From NCBI GenBank assembly GCA_963823035.1, contig CAWGKG010000022.1, positions 48,651-112,650 on the forward strand: DNA of 64,000 nucleotides, in the 5' to 3' direction. Source of the stretch: an uncultured Gemmatimonadales bacterium. GTDB taxonomy: Bacteria > Gemmatimonadota > Gemmatimonadetes > Longimicrobiales > Gaopeijiaceae. This document shows, one piece after another, positions 10,618 through 21,633 of this stretch. A model generated the notes under the pieces. That model was not told the origin of the DNA, ran no database searches, and saw nothing but the letters and a program-made list of their open reading frames with translations. Numbering within the stretch: the stretch's first letter is position 1; each line of letters begins with the position of its first letter. Both the position numbers and the translations under genes were made by a program.

Positions 10618-11079
10618 TCAGGCGGTCGTCAGCTCGGAGGTGCAGAACGGGCAACGCTTCGCGTTGATGGGGATCGAGGACGTGCAGAACGGGCAGTCCT
10701 TCGTGGTCGGCGCCGGGGCAGCGACCTCTTCCTTACGCTTCAGACGGTTGATCGCGCGGATCACCAGGAACACCGCGAACGCCACGATCAGGAAGCTCAC
10801 GATGGCATTCAGGAAGAGCCCGAAGTTGAGCGTGACCGCGCCCGCCTCCTTCGCCGCCGCGAGCGACGCGTAGGGCCCGGGCGTGGCGCCCTGCTGCAGC
10901 ACGATCATCATCTGGCTGAAGTCGATGTTGCCGACCAGCATGCCGATCGGGGGCATCATGACGTCGTCGACGAAGCTCTTCACCACGGTGCCGAACGCGC
11001 CTCCGATGATGATGCCGACCGCCATGTCGACGACGTTGCCTTTGACCGCGAACTCCTTGAACTCCTTGACCATGCCCAT
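10618..11079 (-). CDS. mscL: large-conductance mechanosensitive channel MscL with a C-terminal CxxC...CxxC zinc-ribbon tail
   Basis: [28 protein letters not shown] signature. Two TM helices. Tail [22 protein letters not shown]. Start at ATG 11079 or 11073. Confidence 0.9.
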   Translation of the reverse strand: MGMVKEFKEFAVKGNVVDMAVGIIIGGAFGTVVKSFVDDVMMPPIGMLVGNIDFSQMMIVLQQGATPGPYASLAAAKEAGAVTLNFGLFLNAIVSFLIVAFAVFLVIRAINRLKRKEEVAAPAPTTKDCPFCTSSIPINAKRCPFCTSELTTA

Positions 11080-12431
11080 GCGCACCTCGGGTGTCGGGTG
11101 TTGAAGGGGCCTGCTACCTGGAGCCGATCCCGCACCCACGCCACCACCCGATCCGTCCCCACCCGCACCTGCTCCAGCGTATCACGGTCCCGCAGGGTGA
11201 CCGTGTCGTCCTCGTTGGTCTGCCCGTCCACGGTGAGGCACCACGGGGTGCCCGCCTCGTCCTGCCGCCGGTAGCGCCGGCCGATCGAGCCGGCCTCGTC
11301 GTAGAAGGACGGGATGGACGCCCTGCGCAGCTCCTGGTGGATGCGCGTCGCGATCTCCGGGAGGCCGTCCTTCTTCATCAGGGGGAAGACCGCCACCTTC
11401 AGCGGCGCGAGACGCGGGTGCAGCGCCAGCACCACGCGCAGCTCACCCTCCACCTCCTCCTCGCGGTACGCGTCCGCGAGCGCCACCAGCATCGTCCGGT
11501 CGACCCCGACCGCCGTCTCGATGACGTAGGGGAGGAAGCGCTTGTTGGACTGCGGCTCGATGTACTCCAGCCGCTTCCCCGAGTACTCCTGGTGGCGTCC
11601 GAGGTCGAAGTCCGTGCGGTTGTGGATCCCCTCGAACTCCTTCCATCCGAAGGGATACTCGTACTCGATGTCGAACGCCTTCTTGGCGTAGTGCGCCAGC
11701 TCGTCGGGCCCGTGCTCGTGGAAGCGGAGCTTCTCCGGCCGGATGCCGAGGGAGAGGTGCCACGCCATGCGCGCCTCCTTCCAGTGCTCGAACCACTCGT
11801 CGTCCGTGCCGGGCTCGACGAAGAACTGCATCTCCATCTGCTCGAACTCACGCGTGCGGAAGATGAAGTTCCCGGGCGTGATCTCGTTCCTGAACGCCTT
11901 GCCGATCTGCGCGATCCCGAAGGGGATCTTCTGGCGCGCGGAGCCCTGGACGTTCAGGAAGTTGACGTAGGAGCCCTGCGCGGTCTCGGGGCGGAGGTAG
12001 ACGGTGGCCGCGGCGTCCTCCACCGGCCCCATGAACGTCTTGAACATGAGGTTGAAGGACCGCGCCTGGCCGAACGCGCCCTTGGTGCCGCACACGGGGC
12101 ACTGCCCGTCGGCGACCTCCGGGAGGTCTGCCCGGAAGCGCCGGTTGCAGTTCGAGCACTCCACGAGCGGGTCGGTGAAGCCCTCCACGTGGCCGGAGGC
12201 CTCCCACACGCGCGGGTGCATCAGGATGGCGGCGTCGAGCCCTTCGATGTCGTCGCGCTGGTGGACCATCGCGCTCCACCAGAGGTCCTTCACGTTGCGC
12301 TTGAGCTCCACCCCGAGGGGGCCGTAGTCCCACACGGACCCCGTTCCTCCGTAGATTTCGGAGGATTGGAAGATGTATCCGCGCCGCTTCGTGAGCGACA
12401 CGAGCTTGTCCATGAGGTCGGTGCTGGCCAT
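10980..12431 (-). CDS. glyQS: glycine--tRNA ligase (dimeric GlyQS type)
   Basis: Strong class II GlyRS similarity over the whole ORF ([44 protein letters not shown]). The last ~100 nt overlap mscL and read as non-conserved sequence, so the true stop is probably missing near 11100-11120. Confidence 0.9.
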   Translation of the reverse strand: MASTDLMDKLVSLTKRRGYIFQSSEIYGGTGSVWDYGPLGVELKRNVKDLWWSAMVHQRDDIEGLDAAILMHPRVWEASGHVEGFTDPLVECSNCNRRFRADLPEVADGQCPVCGTKGAFGQARSFNLMFKTFMGPVEDAAATVYLRPETAQGSYVNFLNVQGSARQKIPFGIAQIGKAFRNEITPGNFIFRTREFEQMEMQFFVEPGTDDEWFEHWKEARMAWHLSLGIRPEKLRFHEHGPDELAHYAKKAFDIEYEYPFGWKEFEGIHNRTDFDLGRHQEYSGKRLEYIEPQSNKRFLPYVIETAVGVDRTMLVALADAYREEEVEGELRVVLALHPRLAPLKVAVFPLMKKDGLPEIATRIHQELRRASIPSFYDEAGSIGRRYRRQDEAGTPWCLTVDGQTNEDDTVTLRDRDTLEQVRVGTDRVVAWVRDRLQVAGPFNTRHPRCAWAWSRSSRSSRSKATSSTWRSASSSEARSAPW

Positions 12432-12580
12432 CGAAATATCCGTGATTCCCTTTGTCGTGCGGGGATTCGTCGCGTGGTGATTCGGGGGCGTAAGGTATCC
12501 GCCGCCCCCGGGGCGATCAACGGTGCGGGGGCACAGAACCCTCGCGACCCCCGAAGTGTAGGAGGCACGACCCCGGAGCC

Positions 12581-13216
12581 GTGCCCGAGACGGAACACTC
12601 GACCCACGAGCAACGCATGCTGACGTTCACAGACAAGGCCCGAGACGTCGTCCGCTCCTTCCTCGACCAGAGCGGGGGGGATCTCGCGGCGCTGCGCATC
12701 TCGGCGGACGGGGGCAGCCCCGTCGCACCCCGCTTCGAGCTGACCCTGGTGAGCCTGGAGGAGCAGCTCGCCGACGAGCGTGAGGTCGAGGGCCCCGGCT
12801 TCCCCGTCCTGATACGGGAGTCCGAGGCGTCGCGGCTGGAGGGCGCCACGGTCGACTTCGTGGAGCGCGTCAACGAGAGCGGGTTCGAGGTGCGCCCGGC
12901 CGCAGACGCCGGCCAAGGCGCCCGACCCTCGGCACCCGACGCGCCGAAGGGTGAGATCGCGGACCGCGTGCGCCAGGTGCTGGACACCCAGGTGAACCCG
13001 GCGATCGCGTCCCACGGAGGGATGATCTCGCTGGTCGGAATCGAAGACACGGAGATCTACGTAGAGATGAGCGGAGGGTGCCAGGGATGCGCCCTCTCAC
13101 GGATGACGCTGCGCCAGGGCGTGGAGAAGATGTTGCGGCAGGCGATCCCCGAGTTGACCGCCGTCCACGACATCACCGACCACGCCTCGGGGGAGAATCC
13201 CTTCTTCCAGCACTGA
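12581..13216 (+). CDS. Fe-S cluster biogenesis protein, NfuA-like (HesB/IscA-like N-domain plus NifU C-domain)
   Basis: C-terminal NifU motif MSGGCQGCALSRMTLRQGVE. N-terminal A-type-carrier-like fold. Alternative start ATG 12617 (MLTFTDKA). Confidence 0.8.
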   Translation: MPETEHSTHEQRMLTFTDKARDVVRSFLDQSGGDLAALRISADGGSPVAPRFELTLVSLEEQLADEREVEGPGFPVLIRESEASRLEGATVDFVERVNESGFEVRPAADAGQGARPSAPDAPKGEIADRVRQVLDTQVNPAIASHGGMISLVGIEDTEIYVEMSGGCQGCALSRMTLRQGVEKMLRQAIPELTAVHDITDHASGENPFFQH

Positions 13217-13232
13217 GGAGCCCGCCAGACCG

Positions 13233-14134
13233 ATGCGCCGGGCCTTGGGGACGGATCGTGAGCGCGCCCTCCTGTCGAGGGCTCTGACGGCCGTCGTCAC
13301 CGGGACCGTGCTGGCCACCTGCGCCTCCTCCGCGTCGGCCCAGGCGTGCAGCCGTCCGTGCGTGGGCCCACGCCGCGGTGCCGTGCTCGCGGCGGGCGGG
13401 GGTGAGCTCGGATCGGAGATCTACGCGCGCTTCCTCGCCCTCGCGGGCGGCGCCGGCGCGCACGTCGTGCTCATCCCCACCGCCGGTGCCGAAGAGGGAT
13501 CGCACGATGCCTGGACCGCGCTGGAGGCGCTCCAGAGGGCCGGCGCCCAACACATCGAGGTTCTGCACACCCGCAACCGGTCCGTGGCCGACCTCGAGGC
13601 GTTCGCCTCGCCCCTGCGCGACGCGACCGGCGTGTGGATCTCGGGTGGACGCCAGTTCCGCCTGGTGGATGTGTACCTGGGCACCCGAACGCAGCGCGAG
13701 ATGGAGGGAGTGCTCGAGCGCGGCGGCGTGATCGGCGGCAACTCGGCCGGAGCCTCCGTGCTGGCGTCCACGCTGATCCGCGGGGGCTCCTCCGACAACG
13801 ACGCCGTTCTCGACCGCGACCGGGAGCAGGGGTTCGGCTTCCTGCGGGGCGTCGCCATCGACCAGCATCTCCTGGCCCGCGGTCGGGAGAACGACCTGAT
13901 CGCCGTGCTGCGCGACCACCCGGAGCTGCTCGGCATCGGCGTGGACGAGGCCACCGCCCTGGTCGTCACCGGCGACATGGGCTCGGTCATCGGCAAGGGA
14001 CGCGTCGCGATCTACGACTTCACGGACCCGCTCGCCCTGATCCCCCTCCGTTACCTGGTGCGGGGGGACGTCTACGACCTCGGCGCCCGCCAGGTCGTGC
14101 TCACCGCCGACGTCGCGGGCCCGGAGCACGCTGA
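13233..14134 (+). CDS. peptidase S51 / cyanophycinase-like protein, secreted; 3' end uncertain
   Basis: Signal peptide. Nucleophile block GGNSAGASV and IDQHLLARGR. The in-frame ORF has no stop until 15785, running antisense through the next gene. The true end is expected near 14100-14165. Confidence 0.6.
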
Positions 14135-14165
14135 GGCACGCGTCCCGGCAGGCCGAGGTGGCCCG

Positions 14166-15892
14166 TCAGCGGAAGCCCGCCGCGCGCACCCGATCCACGA
14201 GCACGCCGACCAGACGATCGGTCGTCACCTTGTCGAGCGACCCGAGGGCGTCCAGCGCCTCGGTGATCCGATCCACCATCCCCCACATCTCGTCGCCGAG
14301 CGCCTTGGTGGCAGGCACGGCCTCCAGCACCGGATCGCGCGAGTAGCCACCGGCGGCCGGCGCGTATTCGATGTCCGCCTCGTTGCGCAGCAGGAACTGG
14401 TGCAGGTCGAGCGCGGCGTTGACCAGGTCGTCCATCTCGGCGTACGCCTCGAACCGGTCGGCGCGCGTCGCCAGGAAGCCCGAGTCCGCCCTGGCGAGGA
14501 GGAGGGCGGCGGTGTCGCCCTCGATGCCCGCTTGCTCGAGGCGGGTCACGTACTGGTCGTGGAAGACGCGCGTGTCGGTGTCCCGGACCCGGTCGACCAA
14601 CGACTCGATCCCCGTCCAATAGGCCTCGATGTCCGGGTACTGGCTGGCGTTGGCCAGATAGGCGCCGGAAAGCCAGTCGTTGCGGGGCTCGTTCTGGAGC
14701 TTCATCTCGCCGGGAAGGGCGCGCAGCGCCGCCGCCATCCCTTCGAGCGCCTCGTCGCCGAGCTGGCGCATCCTCGGCTCGAGCTCCTGCGGGATGTCCG
14801 GGATCGTCACGGGAGGAAGCTCCGGCGTCGTCGCCTCGTCGCCCAAGCGCCCGATTCGGCTGCCGAAGGCCTTCCAGCCGAGATAGCCGCCGCCGCCGAC
14901 GGCCGCCAGCACGAGGATCCACCCGATGAAAGGGGCGAGCGAGCGCCGCTGCACACGCTTCGGTGGGGAGGGACGGGAGCGGGGCTCCGGTCGATCCGGA
15001 CGTGGGACGGGACGGGGTGTCGGCGTGGGCGACGGAGGCTCGAGGAACGCGTCGACGTCGGCTTCGAGGTCGGCGCCGCCCGGCCCGAAGCGCATCGTTC
15101 CGACCTCCTCCTCCCCGCCCCAGTCGGGCCCGTTCTGCTCGATCCAGGCTGGAGGCGCATCGCCTCCCTGCCCCCCCATCGACGGGTCGAAATCCCCACT
15201 CTGGTCGAGCGCCCCGGCCGAGAAGTCCACGAGCCCCTCGTCGGGGCCGGCGTTGCCACCCGGCGACTCCGCTCGCGCGTCGGAGGGATCCAACGGCGGC
15301 GAGGCACCAGGATCGAACTCCGGAAGGTCCGCGACCTGATCCAGATCGAGCGGCGTCAGCGTCCCGAACTCCAGGTCGTGGACCCCCTCCTCGCCGTCCT
15401 TGCCTTCGCCTGCGGCCTCGGCCGGAGGCCCGGAGGAGGCATCCGCGTCCTTCGGAGGCGCGCCGTACGGCCTGGCTGGCGGCAGCTCCGCGGCCGTGAA
15501 CGTCAGGTCGAAATCCAGGTCCTCTCCGAAGTCCGGCGAGGACGCCGGCTCCGTGCGGGCTTCGCGGGCTCCTCGGGGAGGAGGCCGAGCTCCTCCGCGA
15601 GCTGCGACAGGTCGTCGTCGCGCCCGCCCTGGGGCGTCGGCTCGTCGAGGTCGTCGGGCGGCGGGGGCGGGGCCACGGGCGGAGGCGGGGCGACGAAGCC
15701 CCCCTCGTCCGAGCTGTCACGCGACAGGGTGTTGAAGATCTCGTGGGTGTGCGCCGGCCCCCAGCGATCGGATTGGGCGTCGTAGAGCTCGGTGTCGGCA
15801 CCGATCGCGCCCAACTCGATACGCAGGCCGAGCGCCTCGACGCTCGGAATGGGAACCTCGTTTCCCTGGGAGTCGATGTATGCGAAACGCAT
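14166..15892 (-). pseudogene. GYF_2 (DUF4339)-like domain membrane protein with an acidic/Pro-rich linker, one frame break as assembled
   Basis: N-terminus MRFAYIDSQGNEVPIPSVEALGLRIELGAIGADTELYDAQSDRWGPAHTHEIF (ORF 15503..15892). After a shift near 15545-15560 the frame continues as SPDFGEDLDFDLTF... into ORF 14166..15293. That part holds a TM helix (LAPFIGWILVLAAVGGGGYLGW) and a C-terminal domain. Confidence 0.6.
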
Positions 15893-15994
15893 CGGCGATC
15901 ACGGTGCGGAGACGGGCACGGAGCGTGGAACGGTCAAGTCTACAGGGATGGCCTCGGGACGGCCACACCGGGAGGTGCCCGCGGGGGCGCCCGC

Positions 15995-16462
15995 TCAGGC
16001 CCGGATGCGGCCTCGGACGCGAAGGAGCCAGCCCATGCATCGGTGGAAGGGATCCACCTTGCCGCAGTACATCATCGGGCACCCGCCGACGATCACCGAG
16101 ATACCCTTCTCCCTGCAGAGCGCCACCGCTTCGTCGGACACGCTCCCGTCACCGAACGACCGGTGCATCCACACCCGGTCGATCCCGAGCTCGGCGCACT
16201 CGCGCACCACGGTCGCGGCCGCGGCCGGCGGCGTGGCGATGACCACCCCGTCGACCCGGACGGGGAGCGCGCCGAGCGTGGGGTAGCAGGGATCGCCCTC
16301 CACCGCGTCCGCCTCGGGATTGGTCGCGTAGACCTCGTGCCCGGTGTCGCGAAGACGCCGATAGATGGCGTTGGCGGGCTGCTGCGGAGTTCGGGACACA
16401 CCGGCCACCGCCAGCCTCTTCTGCGCCAGGAATTCCGCGACTGCGTCGGGGATCGACGGCAC
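15995..16462 (-). CDS. CoA-binding domain protein
   Basis: Intact 155-aa ORF. KRLAVAGVSRTPQQPANAIYRRL and VWMHRSFG blocks are typical of CoA_binding_2 proteins. Confidence 0.8.
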   Translation of the reverse strand: MPSIPDAVAEFLAQKRLAVAGVSRTPQQPANAIYRRLRDTGHEVYATNPEADAVEGDPCYPTLGALPVRVDGVVIATPPAAAATVVRECAELGIDRVWMHRSFGDGSVSDEAVALCREKGISVIVGGCPMMYCGKVDPFHRCMGWLLRVRGRIRA

Positions 16463-16530
16463 GGCACGCCTCCTCTCGTTCCCCCCTACCCGCGTCCCAA
16501 TCTAGCGTATGCGCGCGGGGACGAAGGAGG

Positions 16531-17230
16531 TCAGGAGCCGCCCCCGGCCGATGCCGGTTTCGGGTGGTTGTAGACGCGCTGGAACTCGATCCCGCCCGGG
16601 CCGCCCGACATCTCCACGTCGACGGTGAGCCGGGTGCCGTCCACCGAAGGCATGAAGGTCTCGGTCACGCCGCCGCCGCCGGAGACGTTGCGCTGGACCA
16701 CGAGCCGCCCCTCGTCCCACTCCGCCTTCGCTTCGAGCTTCAGATCGTCGTCGAGGGGTCGCTCGACCGTCTTGCCGAAGGGGAGCACCCACGGCTCGCG
16801 GCCCGCGTAGGTCACGGTCACCAACGAGTCGGTGAGCGCGATGTCGATGCGCGTCGGCGTCGTCTGCGCGAGCTGGCGCATGGCCCGCATCGCCTCGGGG
16901 CTCATGCGGCCCCCGCCGAGGGGCGCCGCATCCCGCCCCCCGAGGGCATCCCCCGCCCGGACATCCCGCCGGGAAGCCCCCGCGACCTCCGCCCGGGGGC
17001 ATTCGACCCGCACGGCCGCCCTCACCCGGACGCTGGCCCCGACCCTCGGCGGCGGCACCCCGCATCGCCTCGGCGGGGTCGTCGCTCTCGTCGACGTTGA
17101 GGATCCAGGTGCCGGACACACGCTCCGAGACCACGGGCGTGATGTCCCCGATGTGCTTGGGCCCCCCGCAGGCCGCGAGCGCGAGGGTGGCGGGAAGCGC
17201 GAGGAGGGCGGCGGTGGATAGGCGTGACAT
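16531..17230 (-). pseudogene. lipoprotein with a Gly/Met/Pro-rich linker, frame broken in the G-run region as assembled
   Basis: Lipobox MSRLSTAALLALPATLALAAC (ATG 17230) in ORF 16502..17230. The folded C-terminal part (MSPEAMRAMRQLAQTTPTRIDIALTDSLVTVTY...) is in ORF 16531..17367. The shifts lie within 16920-16990, in runs of G/C. Confidence 0.6.
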
Positions 17231-17390
17231 GGTCCTGTCTCTCCGTGGGCAGAATCGGCCGCGAGGCCGTACCCGATGCAGATGCCGCCCACCCCCCGGT
17301 CGTTAAGCGGCGGCCCCCGACGCCACGAGCCCCCCGCCCGTTGCGCCGGACGGAGGGCTCGCACCACCAGGGCGTCGGGCGCCGCCTCGC

Positions 17391-18695
17391 CTACGAGATC
17401 ACGCGCTCCTTCGGGCGGGCCCGGTACTTCTCGTAGAGCGACTTGTGCTTGTTGTCGGTGCTCACCTCGCGGCCGAGGATGAACAGGTCCGACACCTGCG
17501 TCTGGATCTCGAGCGGGTCGCCGTCCGTGACGATGAGGTTGGCGAGCTTCCCCGTCTCGATCGTGCCGAGCCGGTCACCGAGGCCCAGCATCTCCGCGCC
17601 GTTCTTCATCACGGCCTCGAGGGCGGCCTCCTCGGGAAGGCCGTAGGGCACCGCCATCGCCGCCTCGTAGGGCAGCGTGCGCGAGTCCGAGGAGGTGAAC
17701 GTCGCGAAGGCGATCTTCACCCCCGCCGCGTAGAGCTTGCCCGGATTGCTGTAGGCCTCGTCGTACTCGGCGTCGGGCCCGTTGGGCATCGACTGCGTCG
17801 GTCCGAGGATCACCGGGACGTTCTTCTCGGCGAGCATGTCGGCCACCTTCCAGGCCTCGGTGCCGCCGGTGAGGATGAAGCGGATGTTCTGCTTCTCCGC
17901 CCACTCGACGGCGTTGCGGATGTCGCGCTCGCCGTTGGCCTCCAGGAGGACGGGCATCTCCCGACCCACCACCTTCGCCATCGCCTCGAGCTGCAGGTTC
18001 CGCTGGGCGGTGCCGGCGGCCACGGCCTCGGCGTACTGCCGCCCGCCGTCCATCCACCGGTCGAGCTCGGCCACCTTCTCCCGGTACTCCTGCTCGACCT
18101 CGCTGAACGGACGCGGCTCACCGAAGGAGAAACCGCCGAATCCGCGCCGCGACCGCATCGACGGGTAGTTGATGACCATCGCCGCGCCGGGCGAGATGTC
18201 CATCTCCTCGATCGTCCAGCCGTCGAGGCCGATGAGCGACGCCTGTCCCGCGATCACCCCGCCCTGCGGCGCGGCCATCGCGTGCGTGATGCCGTTGGCG
18301 CGCGTGACCGGGATGTGCTCGGTGGCGGGGTGCACCGCCGTGGCGGCCTGCAGGTGCGGGTTGTAGTCGCCCTGCTCGTTGGAGTCGTTGGTCACGTCGA
18401 CCGCGCCGATCTCGGTGAGGCCGAGCTGGGTGACGGCGTCGAACATCCCGGGATAGACGTGCTTGCCGGTGGCGTCGACCACCTCGGCGCCGGCCGGCAC
18501 CTGCACGTCCGGTCCGACGTCCGCGATGTGGCCGTCGCGCACGACGACCGTGCCGACGAAGGTCTCGCCGGCGAGGGTGTGGACCGTGCCGCCCTGGATG
18601 GCGTACGTCTGCGCCCGGGCGGAACCGGCGAAGGCGAGGGTGGCCGCCACGGCGCCGAGCGCCGCGGCCGCCCGAAGGGTACGTGCGCGGCTCAT
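17391..18695 (-). CDS. amidohydrolase-family protein, secreted, lacking the canonical HxH motif
   Basis: [29 protein letters not shown] signal peptide from ATG 18695, which overlaps the upstream stop (ATGA). Amidohydrolase-type N-terminus [10 protein letters not shown]...[13 protein letters not shown] and C-terminus [15 protein letters not shown]. It is the last third of track ORF 17391..21968. Confidence 0.85.
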   Translation of the reverse strand: MSRARTLRAAAALGAVAATLAFAGSARAQTYAIQGGTVHTLAGETFVGTVVVRDGHIADVGPDVQVPAGAEVVDATGKHVYPGMFDAVTQLGLTEIGAVDVTNDSNEQGDYNPHLQAATAVHPATEHIPVTRANGITHAMAAPQGGVIAGQASLIGLDGWTIEEMDISPGAAMVINYPSMRSRRGFGGFSFGEPRPFSEVEQEYREKVAELDRWMDGGRQYAEAVAAGTAQRNLQLEAMAKVVGREMPVLLEANGERDIRNAVEWAEKQNIRFILTGGTEAWKVADMLAEKNVPVILGPTQSMPNGPDAEYDEAYSNPGKLYAAGVKIAFATFTSSDSRTLPYEAAMAVPYGLPEEAALEAVMKNGAEMLGLGDRLGTIETGKLANLIVTDGDPLEIQTQVSDLFILGREVSTDNKHKSLYEKYRARPKERVIS

Positions 18696-21449
18696 CGGTT
18701 CACCTCCTCTCCGGGTCCGGGGGCGATGCGGTCGGGGGCGACCCGGTCGCCCGACGCCTTGGGGCCGTATCGCTCCATGAGCGCGGCCTTCTCGCTCTCG
18801 ATCGCGGCCTGGCGCTCGCGGTCCATGTCGCGGTCGAAGTACAGCTTCCCGTCCACGTACGTCTGCAGGACCTTCGACGAGCATGCTCATCGGGTTGCCG
18901 TCGAACACCGCCAGGTCCGCGTCCTTCCCCACGTCGATCGAGCCCGTGTGGTCGTCGATGCCGAGCTGCTTGGCCGGGTTGAGCGTGACGAGGCGGAGCG
19001 CGTGCTCCTCCGACATCCCGCCCCACTTCATCGCCTTCGCCGCCTCCTGGTTGAGGTGACGCATCTCCTCGCCCGAGTCGGAGTTGATCGACACGAGCAC
19101 GCCCCGCTCCTCCATGAGCGCCGCGTTGTAGGGGATCGCGTCGTACGCCTCGACCTTGTAGGCCCACCAGTCGGAGAACGTCGAAGCGCCGGCGCCGTGC
19201 GCGGCGATCTCGTCGGCGACCTTGTAGCCCTCCAGGACGTGCTGGAAGGTGCGGACCGTGAAGTGGAACTCGTCCGCCAGGCGGATGAGCTGCAGGATCT
19301 CGTCGGCCCGGTAGGAGTGCGAGTGCACCCACCGGTCGCCGCGCAGGATCTCCGCCAGGTGCTCGAGCTTGAGGTCGCGGCGCGGGGCCACGCCCTGGCG
19401 GCCGCCGGCCTCGTACGCGTCCCACTCCTTCTGGTAGGCCTGCGCGTCCAGGAACGCCTGGCGCACCACGTCCTGCACGCCCATGCGCGTGGCCGGGTAG
19501 CGGTCGGGGTTGCGGTCGCGCTTCGTGTTCTCGCCCAAGCGCGAACTTGATGCCGGGCTTCGCGCCGTGCGATGAGCATGTCCTGGGCGTCCGCGCCCCA
19601 GCGCAGCTTCACCACGGCGTTGCCGCCGCCGATCGGGTTGGCCGAGCCGTGCAGGATGTTGATCGACGTCACGCCGCCGGCCAGCGCCCAGTAGACGTTC
19701 GGGTCGTTGGGCTCGATGACGTCCTTGATCGTGACCATCGCGGAGACGTTCACCGCCCCCTCGTTGATCGCGTCCGCCGCGATGTGCGAGTGCGCGTCGA
19801 TGATGCCGGGCGTGACGAACTTCCCGGTGCCGTCCACGACATGCGCGCCGCGCGGCGCCTGCACGTCCGTGCCCACCTCGGCGATCTTCCCGTCGCGGAT
19901 GAGGACCGAGGCGTTCTCCATCGTGCCGTGCGACGCGGTCATGACAGTCGCGCCGCGGATGAGCGTGACGGCGTCGTCCCGGTAGGGGCCCTTGTCCTTC
20001 GCCATCGGGACGGGCTCGTCGAAGCTCGGGGCCTCTTCGGCCTGCGCGCGCCGGCCGCCGCTGCGGCGTCTCCTCCGCCGGCACGTCGAACTTGTCGCCG
20101 TCGACGAAGACCGTCTCGACGCGGATGCCGTCCTCGAAGAGGTCGCCCGAGGCCACCACGAGGTTGGCGAGCTTGCCCGCCTCGATGGAGCCCATGCGGT
20201 CGTCGACGCCCAGGATGCGCGCCGCGTCCAGGGTGAAGGCGCGGATCGCCGCGTCCTTCGACAGCCCGTGCGCTACCGCCCTGCGCGCGTTCGTGAGGAT
20301 CTCCGCCGGGTTCGACAGCCCCCCGGAGGTGAACGCGAAGCGCACGCCGGCGCCCGAAAGCGCCGCGGGGGTGGTCGGCGCGCGATCCCACAGCCGGAGC
20401 GTGGCGAGCGACATCTCGGCCTCCGGGTCTCCGTTCGGCGCCGCCTTCGGCCAGTTCAGGCTCACGAGCGCGGGCACGGAGGCCTGGGCCATCAGGTCCG
20501 CGGCGGCGTATCCCCCCTGCACGCCGTAGACGACCGGCTTCACGCCCATCACCTGCGCGGTGACGATCGCGCGCTCGACCTCCTTGCGGTCGTCCGCCGG
20601 GAAGAGCACCGGGTAGCCCTGGTCCAGCTCACGGGCGATCGGCTCGAGCGCCGGGTCCCACTCGGGGCGGGCCTTCCCGAGCGGCGACTCGCGATAGTCC
20701 GCCCACACGGCCCGGTAGTGCTGCGCGTCCAGGTAGAGCTGCTTCAGGTAGGCGAAGCTCCCGAGCAGCGAGTTGGGGTAGCCCGTATAGGAGCGGTCCT
20801 GGAGCTTCAGGTGCATGGCCACGGGCGTGGCCACCACCATCTCCCGCGGGTGGGAGAAGATCCCCAGGTCGAGGACGGCGGCCTGGTCGGTCACCAGCCC
20901 CTCGTCGCGCGTGCTCATCACCGTCGTGAAGCCGGCGTTGCGCCACTTCTCGTAACGCTCGTCCGAGCCGCTCAGCTCCTCACCCGCGCTCAGCCACGAG
21001 TGGGTGCCGGGGCGGTCCTCCGGGCCCCAGGAGTGCTTCGACATGTCGATGGGGCCCTGCGGGCCGAACGGCCCACCACCGCCGCCACCGCCGCCTCGCT
21101 GTGGGCGAGCGGACGGATGGCCCAGGTCCGTCATCGCGTCGATGAGGCCGGGATAGACGGTCTTGCCGGAGGCGTCGATCACCCACGCGCCGGCGGGCAC
21201 CGGCACACTGCGTCCGACCGCGGTGATGACGCCGTTCGACACCACCACGGTGCCGTTGTCGACCGTCGGGCCGGAGACCGTGACGATGCGGGCCCCCTGG
21301 ATGGCGTACAGCTCGGGTACGTCGGGCCGGGTGGGGCGAGGCTGCGCCTCGGCCACCCGTGGGACGGTCAGGGCGGCGAACGCGAGCGCCAGGGCGGCGC
21401 GCGCGATGCCGTAAGCCCCCAACCGCGGATTCCGGAGCCTGAGGCTCAT
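18692..21449 (-). pseudogene. large two-module amidohydrolase-family protein, at least three to four frame breaks as assembled
   Basis: Signal peptide [36 protein letters not shown] (ATG 21449). Module 1 has [12 protein letters not shown] (no HxH). Module 2 has [14 protein letters not shown] (HxH). Shifts lie near 20020-20045, 19575, 19540 and 18872-18880. It ends ...GPGEEVNR* at 18692. Confidence 0.75.
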
Positions 21450-21549
21450 GGGCAGGTCCTCCGCTGGAGTCGAGGATACGTCGTCGGCCGGACGCTTCCG
21501 CTTGGAGACACGTTGGCCGGTGGTTCCGGGAAAGGACGAGGGAACAGAA

Positions 21550-21570
21550 TAGGCCGACCCCCACGGCCTA
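21550..21570 (-). terminator. possible intrinsic terminator hairpin
   Basis: 7-bp stem TAGGCCG/CGGCCTA with a 7-nt loop, followed on the minus strand by ATTCTGTT. It lies 64 nt after the stop at 21634. Confidence 0.3.
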
Positions 21571-21633
21571 GCCAGACGGTGGGACGGGGGCGAGGCGCCC
21601 GACGCGTGCGGAGGAGGTAGCAGGGTCCCCCTT

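Noticed and set aside
12432-12580. A possible structured leader between glyQS and the nfuA-like gene.
   Set aside because: Only short GC-rich self-complementary runs are present (CGCCCC/GGGGCG with essentially no loop). There is no T-box or other recognisable element.
15300-17000. Repetitive-looking GC-rich stretches that might be tandem repeats or a CRISPR-like array.
   Set aside because: They are coding low-complexity linkers (Pro/Asp/Glu-rich in the GYF protein, Gly/Met/Pro-rich in the lipoprotein). There is no regular repeat-spacer periodicity.
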